Below, one piece after another: positions 38,442 through 48,144 of a stretch of DNA of 64,000 nucleotides. Position 1 is the stretch's first letter; every line of letters starts with the position of its first letter. The DNA is from Polyangiales bacterium. GTDB lineage: Bacteria; Myxococcota_A; Polyangia; Polyangiales; Polyangiaceae. Location: contig JBBRLQ010000038.1 of the NCBI GenBank assembly GCA_038231275.1, positions 1 to 64,000 of the forward strand. Direction: 5' to 3'. The notes beneath the pieces are model-generated. The model was not told the origin of the DNA. It saw nothing but the letters and a program-made list of their open reading frames with translations, and made no database searches. The translations under genes were made by a program, and so were the position numbers.

Positions 38442-39194
38442 TCAGCCGGCGCCGAGGTGGACCTCTCCGGCGCCCCAGCGGCGCATGATCCCGTCGTCGC
38501 CGCGCACGAGCAGGCGTCCGTCCGTGTCGATGCCGGACGCGATCCCCTCGCCGAGCTCTCCGTGCACGCGCGCGCCGGCGAGCGCATCGGCTGCGACGAG
38601 CCGCGCGTGGACCACGGCGAGGCCGCGCGCGGCGACGAGCGGAAGATCACGCGCGAGCCCCGCGAGGATGTCGGACAGGATCGCGTCGCGATCGAGGCGC
38701 GCGGCGCCGAGCAGCGCCAACGACGTCGCGCGGTCCTCGAGCTCCGGAGGGAACGCGCGCGTGGTCACGTTCATCCCGACCCCGACGACGACCGCTTCGA
38801 CCCGACCGCCCGACAGGATGGACTCGACGAGCACGCCCGCGAGCTTTTTTTTCCCTACGATCACGTCGTTCGGCCACTTCAGCATCGGCGCGGCGGCGGC
38901 GATTGGCCCGAGCGCGTTCGCGGCGGCGTCACGCGCGGCGAGGCCGGCAACGAGGGCGAGCGGCGGCAGGCGTGACGGCGGGCACACTACGCGCACCAGC
39001 ACGGAGAAGAGGAGGCTCTCGCCGCGCGCCGACGTCCACGCGCGCCCCTGACGACCGCGACCCGCCGTCTGCGATTCGGCCACCCACGTGGCCCCGTGCG
39101 GCGCGCCGTCCTTCGCCGCGCGCTTGGCCTCGTCGTTCGTCGAGGTGGTCTCCTCGAGGCGATGGATGGGCGTGCCGAGCGCGCCGAAGCTCAC
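38442..39194 (-). CDS. birA: Biotin--[acetyl-CoA-carboxylase] ligase
   Basis: STND, QTAGRGRQGRAW, LKWPND, KKLAGVL, GVGMNV; no N-terminal HTH. Confidence 0.93.
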   Translation of the reverse strand: MSFGALGTPIHRLEETTSTNDEAKRAAKDGAPHGATWVAESQTAGRGRQGRAWTSARGESLLFSVLVRVVCPPSRLPPLALVAGLAARDAAANALGPIAAAAPMLKWPNDVIVGKKKLAGVLVESILSGGRVEAVVVGVGMNVTTRAFPPELEDRATSLALLGAARLDRDAILSDILAGLARDLPLVAARGLAVVHARLVAADALAGARVHGELGEGIASGIDTDGRLLVRGDDGIMRRWGAGEVHLGAG

Positions 39195-40045
39195 GCGTCG
39201 AAATCCAGACCGATGTCGGCCGCCGGCGCCGAGTGCGTGAGGGCGCCGACGCTGATCGCGAACGCGCCCGCCCTCGCGAGCTCGGCGACGCGCGGGAACG
39301 TGATGCCGCCCGATACCTCGGTGAGCGCGCCGGTCGCCTTCGCGCGGCGCACGGCCTCCGCGACGGTGGCGGTGTCCATGTTGTCGAGGAGGACGATATC
39401 CGCGCGGGCGGCGAGCGCCTCGTCGAGCTGCGCGAGCGTGTCGACCTCGCACTCGATCCGGCTCGTGTGCGACGCGCGCGCGCGGGCTCGCTCGATCGCC
39501 TTGGTCACGCCGCCGCACGCCGCGATGTGGTTGTCCTTGATGAGGACCGCCGAGCCGAGATTGTCGCGATGGTTCATCCCGCCGCCGGTCCGCACCGCGT
39601 AACGCTCGAGCGCACGGAGACCCGGCGTCGTCTTGCGCGTGTCGATGATCCGCGTGGTGCAGCCCGCCGGCACCGCATCGACGTAGGCGCGCGTCATCGT
39701 GGCCACGCCGGTCATGCGCTGCGTGAGGTTGAGCGCGACGCGCTCGCCCATGAGGATGGACCGCGCGCGCCCCGTCACCGTCCAGAGGGTCGTCCCGCGC
39801 GAGGCCCGCCTCCCGTCTGGCGTCACCGTCTCGACGACGAGCGACGGATCGACCTGCGCGAACACCCGCGCGAAGACCAGCGCGCCGCATGCGACGAGGT
39901 CCCCGCGCGCGACCGCTCGAGCGCGCGCCACGGCGGCCGCGTCGATGCACGCCTCGGTCGTCACGTCGCCGCCCGCGAGATCCTCGACGAGCGCGCGGGC
40001 CACGATTTCCTCCACCACGACGCGCGGAAGCTCGGTGCTTTCCAT
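39191..40045 (-). CDS. nadC: Quinolinate phosphoribosyltransferase
   Basis: EDLAGGDVTT, ERVALNL, DTRKTTPGLR, LIKDNH, ECEV, LLDN, SVGALTHS. Confidence 0.96.
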   Translation of the reverse strand: MESTELPRVVVEEIVARALVEDLAGGDVTTEACIDAAAVARARAVARGDLVACGALVFARVFAQVDPSLVVETVTPDGRRASRGTTLWTVTGRARSILMGERVALNLTQRMTGVATMTRAYVDAVPAGCTTRIIDTRKTTPGLRALERYAVRTGGGMNHRDNLGSAVLIKDNHIAACGGVTKAIERARARASHTSRIECEVDTLAQLDEALAARADIVLLDNMDTATVAEAVRRAKATGALTEVSGGITFPRVAELARAGAFAISVGALTHSAPAADIGLDFDA

Positions 40046-40081
40046 GCGCCGTGGTTTACCACGTTCGTGTAGGATTCGCGT

Positions 40082-40615
40082 ATGCCCTCGCGCGCGATCC
40101 TCCTCGCCCTCGCGGCCTCCCTGTCCGCCGCGCTGGTCGGGTGCGCGGGCGGCGAAGGCTCCGGCGCTCACCCGCCGACGAACACCAACGCGGTGCCGCC
40201 TGGACCAGGGCCTGGGCCCGGACCCGGGCCTGGGCCCGGACCCGTAGTCGCCGGCACCGGACCGCTCGCCACGCTCGATCCCAACACTGCGAAGCAAGAG
40301 TCCTGGCAGCTCGAACGCGGCCCCGCGCCGTTCCTCAACTTCGAGGGGCAGCACCTCCGCATCAGCGCGGGGTGCCGCGCGCCGAACGGGCAAATGGATT
40401 GCGAGGCCCTCCGCTTCGCGCGCGGCGGACCGAGCGTCGCCCTCACGCCGCAAGAGAAGATGCACATGGGCGCCCCGGGCGCCGCGGTGTGCATGCACAT
40501 CAAGAATCAGCTCGTCACCGGCCGCGATCCGAAGGGCAACGAGGACGGCTTCTGCGTCTTCGCCGACGGCTCGATGATCGCGACGGGCTCGCTCGAATAC
40601 CACACCCTAAAGTAG
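40082..40615 (+). CDS. Small Cys-containing lipoprotein with a (PG)n linker (DUF333-like C-terminus)
   Basis: Lipobox LVGC; PGPGPGPGPGPGP; AAVC..GNEDGFCVFADGS. Confidence 0.7.
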   Translation: MPSRAILLALAASLSAALVGCAGGEGSGAHPPTNTNAVPPGPGPGPGPGPGPGPVVAGTGPLATLDPNTAKQESWQLERGPAPFLNFEGQHLRISAGCRAPNGQMDCEALRFARGGPSVALTPQEKMHMGAPGAAVCMHIKNQLVTGRDPKGNEDGFCVFADGSMIATGSLEYHTLK

Positions 40616-40624
40616 GCGACGGCG

Positions 40625-42043
40625 ATGAAGGCCCATTCGGTCGTCGCCGAGCTCGTCGAGGCGATGAGCCGGGCGAGCACGCTCGACGAGATCACGCTCG
40701 CCGCCGAGGCCGCGACCGCCAAGCTGACGGGCGGCGCAGAGGCGGAGGCTCAAACCCTCGAGATCGTGAGGGCGCTCTCGAAATTTGCCCGCGATCGGCA
40801 ACGCGTGATCGGCGCCCTCCGCGCCGAGCTCGACGACGCGAGCGAGCGGCGGCGCGAGCACGACGCGCTGCGGGCCACCGAGGCACGGCTCCACGAGACG
40901 CAGCGCCTCGAGGGTCTGGGCGTGCTCGCGGGCGGCATCGCGCACGACTTCAACAACCTCCTCGTGGGCATCCTCGGCAACGCCAGCATGGCGCTCGCCG
41001 TCTTGCCGAGAGGCCCCGCACACGACCTCGTCCTCGACATCCAGTCGGCCGCGCGCATGGCCGCCGATCTGACGCGGCAGCTGCTCGCCTACTCGGGCAA
41101 GGGGCGATTTGTCATCGAGCCGCTCGACCTCTCGCGGCTCGTGAAAGACTCGGCGGACCTCGTCGAGGCGGCGATCTCGAGGAAGGCGATCGTCGCCCAC
41201 TCCCTCGCGCCGAGCCTGCCCGCCGTCGAAGGGGACGCGACGCAGCTCCGGCAAGTCACGATGAACTTGATCGCCAACGCCTCCGACGCCCTCGGGGACC
41301 TGCCCGGGAAGATCGATGTCTCGACGGGCGTGGTCGACCTCGGCGGCGGGCGCGATCCCGACGCGTACCCCGAGGGCGAGGTCCGCGCCGGCCGCTATGC
41401 GTACATCGAGGTGAAGGACACCGGGCACGGCATGGAGCCCGCGCAGATCCCACGGATCTTCGATCCGTTCTACACGACCCGTTTCCAGGGCCGAGGCCTC
41501 GGTCTGGCGGCGGTCCTCGGAATCGTGCGCGGGCACGGCGGCGCCATCCTCGTGAGGTCGACGCCCGGCGTCGGCACGACGTTTCGCCTCTTGCTCCCGA
41601 CGAGCGCGGGCAAGGTCGTGCCCCCGCCCGCATCGGCGCGCACGCCTCCGCCGGTCGCACCGGCCCGCGACGCGACGGTGCTGATCGTGGACGACGAGGC
41701 GGTCGTGCGGCGCGTCACCGAGCGCGTGCTACTGCGCGCGGGATACAAAGTCCTCCTCGCCGAGAACGGCCGCGAGGCGCTGCGCATCGTCGAAGAGCAC
41801 GCCGCCGAGATTTCGATCGTGCTTCTCGACCTCACGATGCCGGAGCTCAGCGGCGAAGAGACGTTCATAGCGATTCATGCCCTCGCGCCGGCCCTCCCGG
41901 TCGTGATGACGAGCGGCTACGCCGCCGACACGAGCACGCACCTGACGAAGGAAGGGCTCGCCGGCTTCCTCGAGAAGCCGTACACCGGCGCCGACCTGCT
42001 GACGGCCCTGGACCGCGCCCTGGCGAAGGCACGCAGGCCCTGA
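40625..42043 (+). CDS. Cytoplasmic hybrid histidine kinase/receiver
   Basis: LAGGIAHDFNN, NLIANA, DTGHGM, FDPFYTT, GRGLGL; receiver LIVDDE, LLDLTMP, FLEKP. Confidence 0.93.
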   Translation: MKAHSVVAELVEAMSRASTLDEITLAAEAATAKLTGGAEAEAQTLEIVRALSKFARDRQRVIGALRAELDDASERRREHDALRATEARLHETQRLEGLGVLAGGIAHDFNNLLVGILGNASMALAVLPRGPAHDLVLDIQSAARMAADLTRQLLAYSGKGRFVIEPLDLSRLVKDSADLVEAAISRKAIVAHSLAPSLPAVEGDATQLRQVTMNLIANASDALGDLPGKIDVSTGVVDLGGGRDPDAYPEGEVRAGRYAYIEVKDTGHGMEPAQIPRIFDPFYTTRFQGRGLGLAAVLGIVRGHGGAILVRSTPGVGTTFRLLLPTSAGKVVPPPASARTPPPVAPARDATVLIVDDEAVVRRVTERVLLRAGYKVLLAENGREALRIVEEHAAEISIVLLDLTMPELSGEETFIAIHALAPALPVVMTSGYAADTSTHLTKEGLAGFLEKPYTGADLLTALDRALAKARRP

Positions 42044-42046
42044 TCT

Positions 42047-42700
42047 TCACCAACGCTCGACGCGCCAACCCCGTCTCTTCGCGACGCGCGCAAGACGGAC
42101 GTCGGGGTTCACGCACACCGGCTCGCGCACGCGCTCGAGGAGCGGCAGATCGGTGAGGGAGTCGGAGTAGAACGTGGCGTCTTCCAGCGCGAAGCCGAGC
42201 CGATCGGCGAGGCGCTGCGCGCGGAGCACTTTGCCCTCGCCATAACAGAGCGGCGGCACGAAGCGACCGGTGAAGAGCCCCTCCGCCGTCACCTCGAGGT
42301 CCGACACGACCAGGTGCTCGATGCCCAGCGCGCGCGCGAGGGGCTGCGCGCCGTAGCGGGTCGCCCCCGTGACGATGGCGATCACGTCGCCTTGCGCACG
42401 GTGGCGCTCCACGGCGATCCGCCCGAGCTCGCAGACGTGCGGCGCCACGTACGACACGAAGCACTCCGCGCACTTCTCCGCGAGGGCGTCCTCGTGGGTC
42501 CCTTTGAACTGGCGGAGCGCCTTCTCGGCCACCGCCGGCGCGTCGACGATCCCGAGCGTGTATTGCGTCACCCAGTACGCCGCGCGTGCGAGATCCTTCC
42601 ACGTCGCCTCGCCGCGCGCGCGCTGGTAGCGCACGAACAGGGTCGCTGTCTCTTTGCGGACGAGCGTGCGGTCCATGTCGAAGAGCGCGGCGCGGGGCAT
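42047..42700 (-). CDS. HAD-IB family hydrolase (SerB-like)
   Basis: FDMDRTL, IVTGA, GK, YSDSLTDLPLL. Confidence 0.9.
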   Translation of the reverse strand: MPRAALFDMDRTLVRKETATLFVRYQRARGEATWKDLARAAYWVTQYTLGIVDAPAVAEKALRQFKGTHEDALAEKCAECFVSYVAPHVCELGRIAVERHRAQGDVIAIVTGATRYGAQPLARALGIEHLVVSDLEVTAEGLFTGRFVPPLCYGEGKVLRAQRLADRLGFALEDATFYSDSLTDLPLLERVREPVCVNPDVRLARVAKRRGWRVERW

Positions 42701-42702
42701 GC

Positions 42703-43410
42703 TCAGTAGATGCCGTAGCCCCGGCCGAGGGCTTCCGAGAAAATGTTGCAGAATGCATGAAACAGCACGCCCGCGCCCACGCCGCCCGTCCGCGCGCGCA
42801 GCCAGCCGAAGAGGAGCGCCGGAAAAAAAACCGCGAGGCGCGCGGGCTCGTGGATCGTCGCGAGGTGGCCGAGCGCGAAGATGACGCTCGACACGACGAG
42901 GCCCGGCCCCACCGACGCGCCGAGGATCCGCAGGCGCGGCGCCCACACTGCGTCGAGGCGCGACTGGAGGTAGCCCCGGTAGAACGACTCTTCGGGGAGC
43001 GCGATCAGCACGAGCTGCCCGAACAGCTCGCCCGCCGCCCACCTCGGCGTGCCGGAAGACTGGAAGTGACCTCCCGCGTGCCACCACCATCGCCACCCGA
43101 CGAAGAACGGCACGAACGTGAGCGCCGACAACGCCAGCGCCCAGCCCAGCGCCGGCAACGCCGCCCGCGCCGCGCCGCGCAGATCGAGCGCTCCGGGGAT
43201 GACGAGCCCACCGAACGCGAGCCCCGCTTCGCGAACGCGCGCGTCGTCGTGCCGCCACACCATCGCCCACGTCGCACCGAGGAAGAGGAAGCCCACCGCC
43301 GTCGCCACGTATTTGTCGGGCAACGTCACGCTCGCGATCGTCACCGCCGCGGTCACCAGCGCCGCGGTGCCCACCGCCTCGACGAGCGCGCGCTTGGCTT
43401 CCGGTGTCAC
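42703..43410 (-). CDS. CPBP (Abi/CAAX) glutamic intramembrane protease, possibly myxosortase-like
   Basis: EESFYRG, FALGH, FHAFCN motifs in a polytopic membrane protein. Confidence 0.88.
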   Translation of the reverse strand: MTPEAKRALVEAVGTAALVTAAVTIASVTLPDKYVATAVGFLFLGATWAMVWRHDDARVREAGLAFGGLVIPGALDLRGAARAALPALGWALALSALTFVPFFVGWRWWWHAGGHFQSSGTPRWAAGELFGQLVLIALPEESFYRGYLQSRLDAVWAPRLRILGASVGPGLVVSSVIFALGHLATIHEPARLAVFFPALLFGWLRARTGGVGAGVLFHAFCNIFSEALGRGYGIY

Positions 43411-43420
43411 GGCGCTCGCG

Positions 43421-45946
43421 CTACTTGCAGCTCACGCGCGCGGCGTACACCTCGACGTGGCGCTCCTCGTTGTCCTGCCAGGCCACGAGCCACTCGCCCT
43501 TTTGCTTGCCGCCGGCGAGCCACGGCCTCGGCTGATCGCCGGAGACCTTGGCGAGGATGCTGATGCCGCTCGTGTCGGGGACGTCGCGCGTGAGGATGCG
43601 CATGCGGATGCGATCCTTCTCGTAATAGGCGACAGCGACCTGGCCGTCGCTCACGGCAAGCGCGGGGCGCCCCCCCTGCGGCGCGAGGCGCTTGTGCCAC
43701 ATGAGGTTGCCCTTCACCGGATCGATGAGCGCCGCGTACGCGCCGCCAGGCCCGGCCTCCGCGTGCCACGCGACGAAGCAGCCCTCGGTTCCGCACGCGA
43801 TCGACGGCGCGTCGCCGGAGACCTTGTCCTCGCTCATCGGCTTCACGTCGCCGATCAGGCGATCGCGCCGCGATACGCCGCCGTTCACGTCGTCGAGCCC
43901 CTTCTTGAGCTCAGGGGCCGAGAGCGGGATGCGGATGCGCTCGATGGTGTGGACCGTGTCGCGCTCGAGCTTGTACGCGACGTAGATGACGTTCGACGCC
44001 ACCGCGATGCTCGGCAGGCGAAGCTGCGGCAGGCGCGATCGGATCGGCGCGAAATCGGTGGCGCGGATCTCGGGGCCGATCGGTTCGAGCTCGGGGCTCA
44101 GATGGCGGAGGAAGAGATCGTCGCCGTCCTTGTCGCGATCGTCCTCCCACGCGACCCAGAAGCCGTCGGGCGCGCGATCGATGACGGGCCACGTCGTCTT
44201 GCTGGGACGCGACGCGCCGACGAGCACGCTCGGGCCGCCGATGCGCCCGTCGGCGTCGAGCCAGCGGACGCGGACGCCGGCTTCGCGACCGCTCTTGTCC
44301 CAATAGAGGAGGAGGGTGCGATCGCCGGCCGCCAAGAGCTGCGGGCGCTCGACGTCGTCGGCCTCGGGCGTGAGGTCACGCGGGCGCGAGAGCGGGCGGC
44401 CGTTCGCGTCGATGACCACGGAGTACGCGTGATCGTGGCCGGCTTGCTCGTGATCGTCGGTCCAGGTGACGATCGGTCCCTTCGAGCTCAGCGCGATCGA
44501 CGGGCGCTGCGCGTTGCGCTCGATGCCGAGACGCGGGCGCGAGAGGGCGGCCACCGAGCACGGGCCCGACGGCTTACTGGCGATGTCGATCTGCGCCGAG
44601 AGCCCCTTCGCCGCGCCGCCCGCGCCGGCCTCCCCTGCCTCCTTCAGCTTTCGCTGCGCGCCGAGCACGTCCTTCTGCGCGAAGAGCGCGAGCCCCTCGG
44701 CGAGCAGCGGCGCCCACTTCGGCTCTTCGCCGACCGGGAGGGGAAAACCCGCGCCGCCCGACGGGATCGTGGTGGCCGACGACATGACGGTCGGCGTGAA
44801 GACTTGGGGCCGCAGGTGCTTCATCCACACGAAGAACGCGGCGCCCATCGCGATGGCGAGCGCGATCGACGACATCGCGTACCGCAGCGGGCTGGGACGG
44901 GCCGGCGGCGGCGGATCGGTCGACATCTCCACCGGCGCGCCGTTCGCGGCGACGAGCGGGACCGGCGGGTTGTTGGAGTGTCGCTGAGGATCGTCGGGGT
45001 TGTACGGCGCGAAGTGTGGCGACGCCTCGTTGCCGCTCACGAGCGAGACGCTGGAGCTCGAGCCGAACGACTGCGCGAGGGCCTCCGCGAGCTCTTTCGC
45101 GCTCTGGTAGCGGCGATCGGGTTCGCGCTCCATCGCCTTCTTGAACCACTCGTCGAAGGCCGGCGGCAGGTCGGGGCGGATCTTCGAGGGGATCGGGATC
45201 GGCGCGGTCGCGATCGCCGCGAACGTCATCGCGACGCCCTGATCGGTGTTCCACACCGGACGCCCGATGAGGCACTCGAACGCGAGGCACCCGAGGGCCC
45301 ATAGGTCCGCGCGGTGATCGACGGAGTGCTGCCCCTTCACCTGCTCGGGCGACATGTACGCGGGAGTTCCGAAGACGGCCCCCTCGCGCGTGAGGCGCTT
45401 CTCTTTCTCGTCCGGCTGCACCGGCGCGTAGAACTTGGCGAGGCCGAAGTCGAGGAGCTTCGCGATCTCCTCGCCGTCCTCGCCCTTCACGAGGAAGATG
45501 TTCTCTGGCTTGAGATCGCGATGGATGACGCCGGCCGCGTGGGCCTTCATGAGGCCCTTCGCGCACTGGGCGATGACGCGCACCGTCGTCCGCGGATCGA
45601 TGAGGCGCACGCGCGCCATGCGATCGTAGAGCGACTCGCCTTCGAGCAGCTCCATCGCGATGAACGGGCGTCCATCCTCGAGCCGGCCGGAGTCGTACAC
45701 GTCGACGATGTGGGGGCTCTTCACGCTCGCGGCCGCGCGTGCTTCGCGGAAGAAGCGCTCGATGACGATCGTGGAGGCGGCGAGCTCGGAGGCGAGCACC
45801 TTCACGGCGATGCGCTTGCCGAGCGACATGTGCTCGGCTTCGTACACGGCCGCCATTCCCCCTCGGCCGATCTCCCGAGTGACACGGTACTTGCCGACCA
45901 GGGTCGTCCCGACGGGGATTTTGGATTCGTTCGGGATCGCGGGCAT
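43421..45946 (-). CDS. Transmembrane Ser/Thr protein kinase with a large extracytoplasmic beta-rich domain
   Basis: GRGGM, IAVK, HRDLKPEN, DFG, GTPAYMSPE; one TM helix; C-terminal propeller-like repeats. Confidence 0.92.
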   Translation of the reverse strand: MPAIPNESKIPVGTTLVGKYRVTREIGRGGMAAVYEAEHMSLGKRIAVKVLASELAASTIVIERFFREARAAASVKSPHIVDVYDSGRLEDGRPFIAMELLEGESLYDRMARVRLIDPRTTVRVIAQCAKGLMKAHAAGVIHRDLKPENIFLVKGEDGEEIAKLLDFGLAKFYAPVQPDEKEKRLTREGAVFGTPAYMSPEQVKGQHSVDHRADLWALGCLAFECLIGRPVWNTDQGVAMTFAAIATAPIPIPSKIRPDLPPAFDEWFKKAMEREPDRRYQSAKELAEALAQSFGSSSSVSLVSGNEASPHFAPYNPDDPQRHSNNPPVPLVAANGAPVEMSTDPPPPARPSPLRYAMSSIALAIAMGAAFFVWMKHLRPQVFTPTVMSSATTIPSGGAGFPLPVGEEPKWAPLLAEGLALFAQKDVLGAQRKLKEAGEAGAGGAAKGLSAQIDIASKPSGPCSVAALSRPRLGIERNAQRPSIALSSKGPIVTWTDDHEQAGHDHAYSVVIDANGRPLSRPRDLTPEADDVERPQLLAAGDRTLLLYWDKSGREAGVRVRWLDADGRIGGPSVLVGASRPSKTTWPVIDRAPDGFWVAWEDDRDKDGDDLFLRHLSPELEPIGPEIRATDFAPIRSRLPQLRLPSIAVASNVIYVAYKLERDTVHTIERIRIPLSAPELKKGLDDVNGGVSRRDRLIGDVKPMSEDKVSGDAPSIACGTEGCFVAWHAEAGPGGAYAALIDPVKGNLMWHKRLAPQGGRPALAVSDGQVAVAYYEKDRIRMRILTRDVPDTSGISILAKVSGDQPRPWLAGGKQKGEWLVAWQDNEERHVEVYAARVSCK

Positions 45947-46075
45947 GAAACGTGACCTGGAACCGCCGCGAGTAGTCTATCTCGCGCGGGCTAGCGTATC
46001 CCAGTTCCCGGATAGACGGCGAACCCTCGCGAGGTTAGCCTGGATTGTCGCCCTTTTTTCCGTGAGGGAGCCGTC

Positions 46076-46741
46076 GTGACCATGGATTCGCAGGCGAAGG
46101 AGAGGCTGGCAGTCATCGGCGAGATCGCCGCGGAGGTCGCCCACGAGCTGCGAAATACGCTTCAGGTGATCGCGGCGAGCGCCTACCTCGCGAAGGAGGA
46201 CCCTGCCGCCAGCCTCGTCCACATCCAGAAGATCGAGAAAAACGCGCGCCTCGCGCACGGGATTGTCGACGACCTGATGGCGCTCGCCCGCGGCGAGCCG
46301 GCCCACGCCGAGCCGGTCTTCTTCGCGGAGATCATGGTCGCGGCCCGCGCGGACATGGCCCCCGGCGCGGCCACGTGGAACGACGAGGTAACGCCCTCGG
46401 ACCTTCGCGTCCGCGCGCACCCCGGCCTTTTGACGCGCCTGTTCCATGTCCTCTACGAGAACGCCATCGGCGCGTGCGTGGGGAGGCCGCCCCGCATCAC
46501 GACGCGCGCGTGGAGCACCGACGGGCGCGTCGCCATCGAGGTCGCCGACGACGGGCCAGGCGTGCCGGAGGAGCTCGCCGCCCGCATCTTCGATCCGCTC
46601 GTGAGCGGCCGCGCGGGCGGCACCGGGCTCGGCCTCGCCCTCGCGAAGCGCATCGCCGCCGCGCACGGCGGAAAGATCGGGCTGGTCGCGTCGTCGAGCG
46701 CGGGCGCCACGTTCCGGCTCGATCTCAGCGGTCCTCGCTGA
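46076..46741 (+). CDS. Minimal histidine kinase (HisKA plus HATPase only)
   Basis: AHELRN, YENA, DDGPGVP, IFDP, GTGLGL. Confidence 0.88.
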   Translation: MTMDSQAKERLAVIGEIAAEVAHELRNTLQVIAASAYLAKEDPAASLVHIQKIEKNARLAHGIVDDLMALARGEPAHAEPVFFAEIMVAARADMAPGAATWNDEVTPSDLRVRAHPGLLTRLFHVLYENAIGACVGRPPRITTRAWSTDGRVAIEVADDGPGVPEELAARIFDPLVSGRAGGTGLGLALAKRIAAAHGGKIGLVASSSAGATFRLDLSGPR

Positions 46742-47078
46742 GCTCCTTCCGCACCCCGCGCCGCGCCTTCGGCCGAAGCGCCTTCGCGCGAACACGAGAG
46801 ATGCGCGCGCGGTAGTGCGCCGCGTTCTCCCGCGCCTCGTTGACCTCACGCCACGTCCCGATCGTCCGCGAGAGGCGGAGCCACTCCTTGGGGCTCATGA
46901 GATCCTCCGTGCCGCGCGTCGCCGTATCGTCGCACTGCGTCGCGTGGCTCAGCTCCCGCTCGACCGATGTAGGTGCGTCGCTCGGAGTGGAGCACCACGA
47001 GGAGATCGGACACGCCGACGTGGAGCGCGACGAAGCGAGCACGCAGAGCGCGATGGCGACCGGAGCGAATCGGCGCAT
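46725..47078 (-). CDS. Hypothetical small exported protein
   Basis: MRRFAPVAIALCVLA signal-like start; fills the gap between neighbouring genes; no recognisable domain. Confidence 0.4.
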   Translation of the reverse strand: MRRFAPVAIALCVLASSRSTSACPISSWCSTPSDAPTSVERELSHATQCDDTATRGTEDLMSPKEWLRLSRTIGTWREVNEARENAAHYRARISRVRAKALRPKARRGVRKELSEDR

Positions 47079-47127
47079 TCGGATTGGACACGCTGGGTTC
47101 GACATCGTTTGGCCTGACGAGAAAAGC

Positions 47128-48033
47128 CTACGGGTCGCAGATATTCCCGGCGCCGCACGAGCCGGAGCAGCACCAGCCGTTGTTGCCACAAGGTTGGCCG
47201 CCGGCGACGCAACAGTGGTCGCTCGCGCATATCGGCGCGGCAAAGGGGAATCGACAGCACGAGCCCCCGGCGGCGCATCCCCCCGCGAGAAACGCTACGC
47301 AGGGCGTACAGACGCTGTCTGTGCACGTGGACGTCGGATCGCACTCGCAGCCGTCACCCGGAGCGCCGTTGCAGTCGGTGAAGCCGTTGGAGCACGTCGA
47401 GATGCAGCCCGCGGCGCCGCAGGTAACCTCGGTGTTGAGCATGCCGAGACCGGGGCAGGCGGCGCCGCATGCCTGGCAATTTTTTGGATCGGAGGACGTG
47501 TCGATGCACCCCCCGTCGCACGGCACGCGCCCGGCCGCGCAACTCGTCGCGCAGCCGCCGTCGGGCTGGCAGAGGAGGCCCACCGCGCACGTCCGCGCGC
47601 ACCCGCCGCAGTTGCCGGGATCGCCACGGTAGGGATCCACCTCGCACCCGTTCGCCGCGTCATCGTCGCAGTCCATGAACGGCGGCTGGCATGCGCCGAC
47701 GCCGCAGTTGGTTCCAAGGCAAGCGGCGTCGGCGTGCAGCCCGACACTGCACGCCTGGCACGACTGAGGGCTGCAGCCAGTCGCGACGCTCTGCGCGGCG
47801 ACGCACACGATGCAGCTCTTCTGCGTGGGACCGCATCCCGGCGGGCCTGCGTCGGGATGCGTCGCGTCGCTCGCGGTGGGGGCGTCGGCGGGCGGGTTCG
47901 ACGCGTCTTGAAGGGCGGCGTCACCGTAGCCGACCGTATCGATTCCGAGGATCGATGCGCATGCGACGGCGAACGCAGCCGCGCCCGCGGCGAGCGCGAG
48001 GGCGGCCGAGCTGCGGAGGCCGAGGCGCGCCAT
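47128..48033 (-). CDS. Cys-rich repeat lipoprotein (Stig1-like, myxobacterial type)
   Basis: Lipobox AVAC; repeats DPGNCGGCARTC and DPKNCQACGAAC, DCDDDAANGCE and DCNGAPGDGCE. Confidence 0.82.
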   Translation of the reverse strand: MARLGLRSSAALALAAGAAAFAVACASILGIDTVGYGDAALQDASNPPADAPTASDATHPDAGPPGCGPTQKSCIVCVAAQSVATGCSPQSCQACSVGLHADAACLGTNCGVGACQPPFMDCDDDAANGCEVDPYRGDPGNCGGCARTCAVGLLCQPDGGCATSCAAGRVPCDGGCIDTSSDPKNCQACGAACPGLGMLNTEVTCGAAGCISTCSNGFTDCNGAPGDGCECDPTSTCTDSVCTPCVAFLAGGCAAGGSCCRFPFAAPICASDHCCVAGGQPCGNNGWCCSGSCGAGNICDP

Positions 48034-48144
48034 TTCACGAGTATATCGCGTCGTAACCTGACAGACGGGTGTCCAGTTCTCGGCCGCCCTACGCGTAGGG
48101 TCTAGCGGCGCGCGCCTGGTCGACGCATATAGGGGGCTCCCTCG

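Noticed and set aside
40195..40245. (Pro-Gly)n DNA repeat as a contingency locus
   Set aside because: Codons vary between units and the repeat is in frame; it is an ordinary flexible linker.
48058..48076. LexA box upstream of uvrA
   Set aside because: CTG..CAG spacing and internal bases do not fit the E. coli or Myxococcus consensus well enough.
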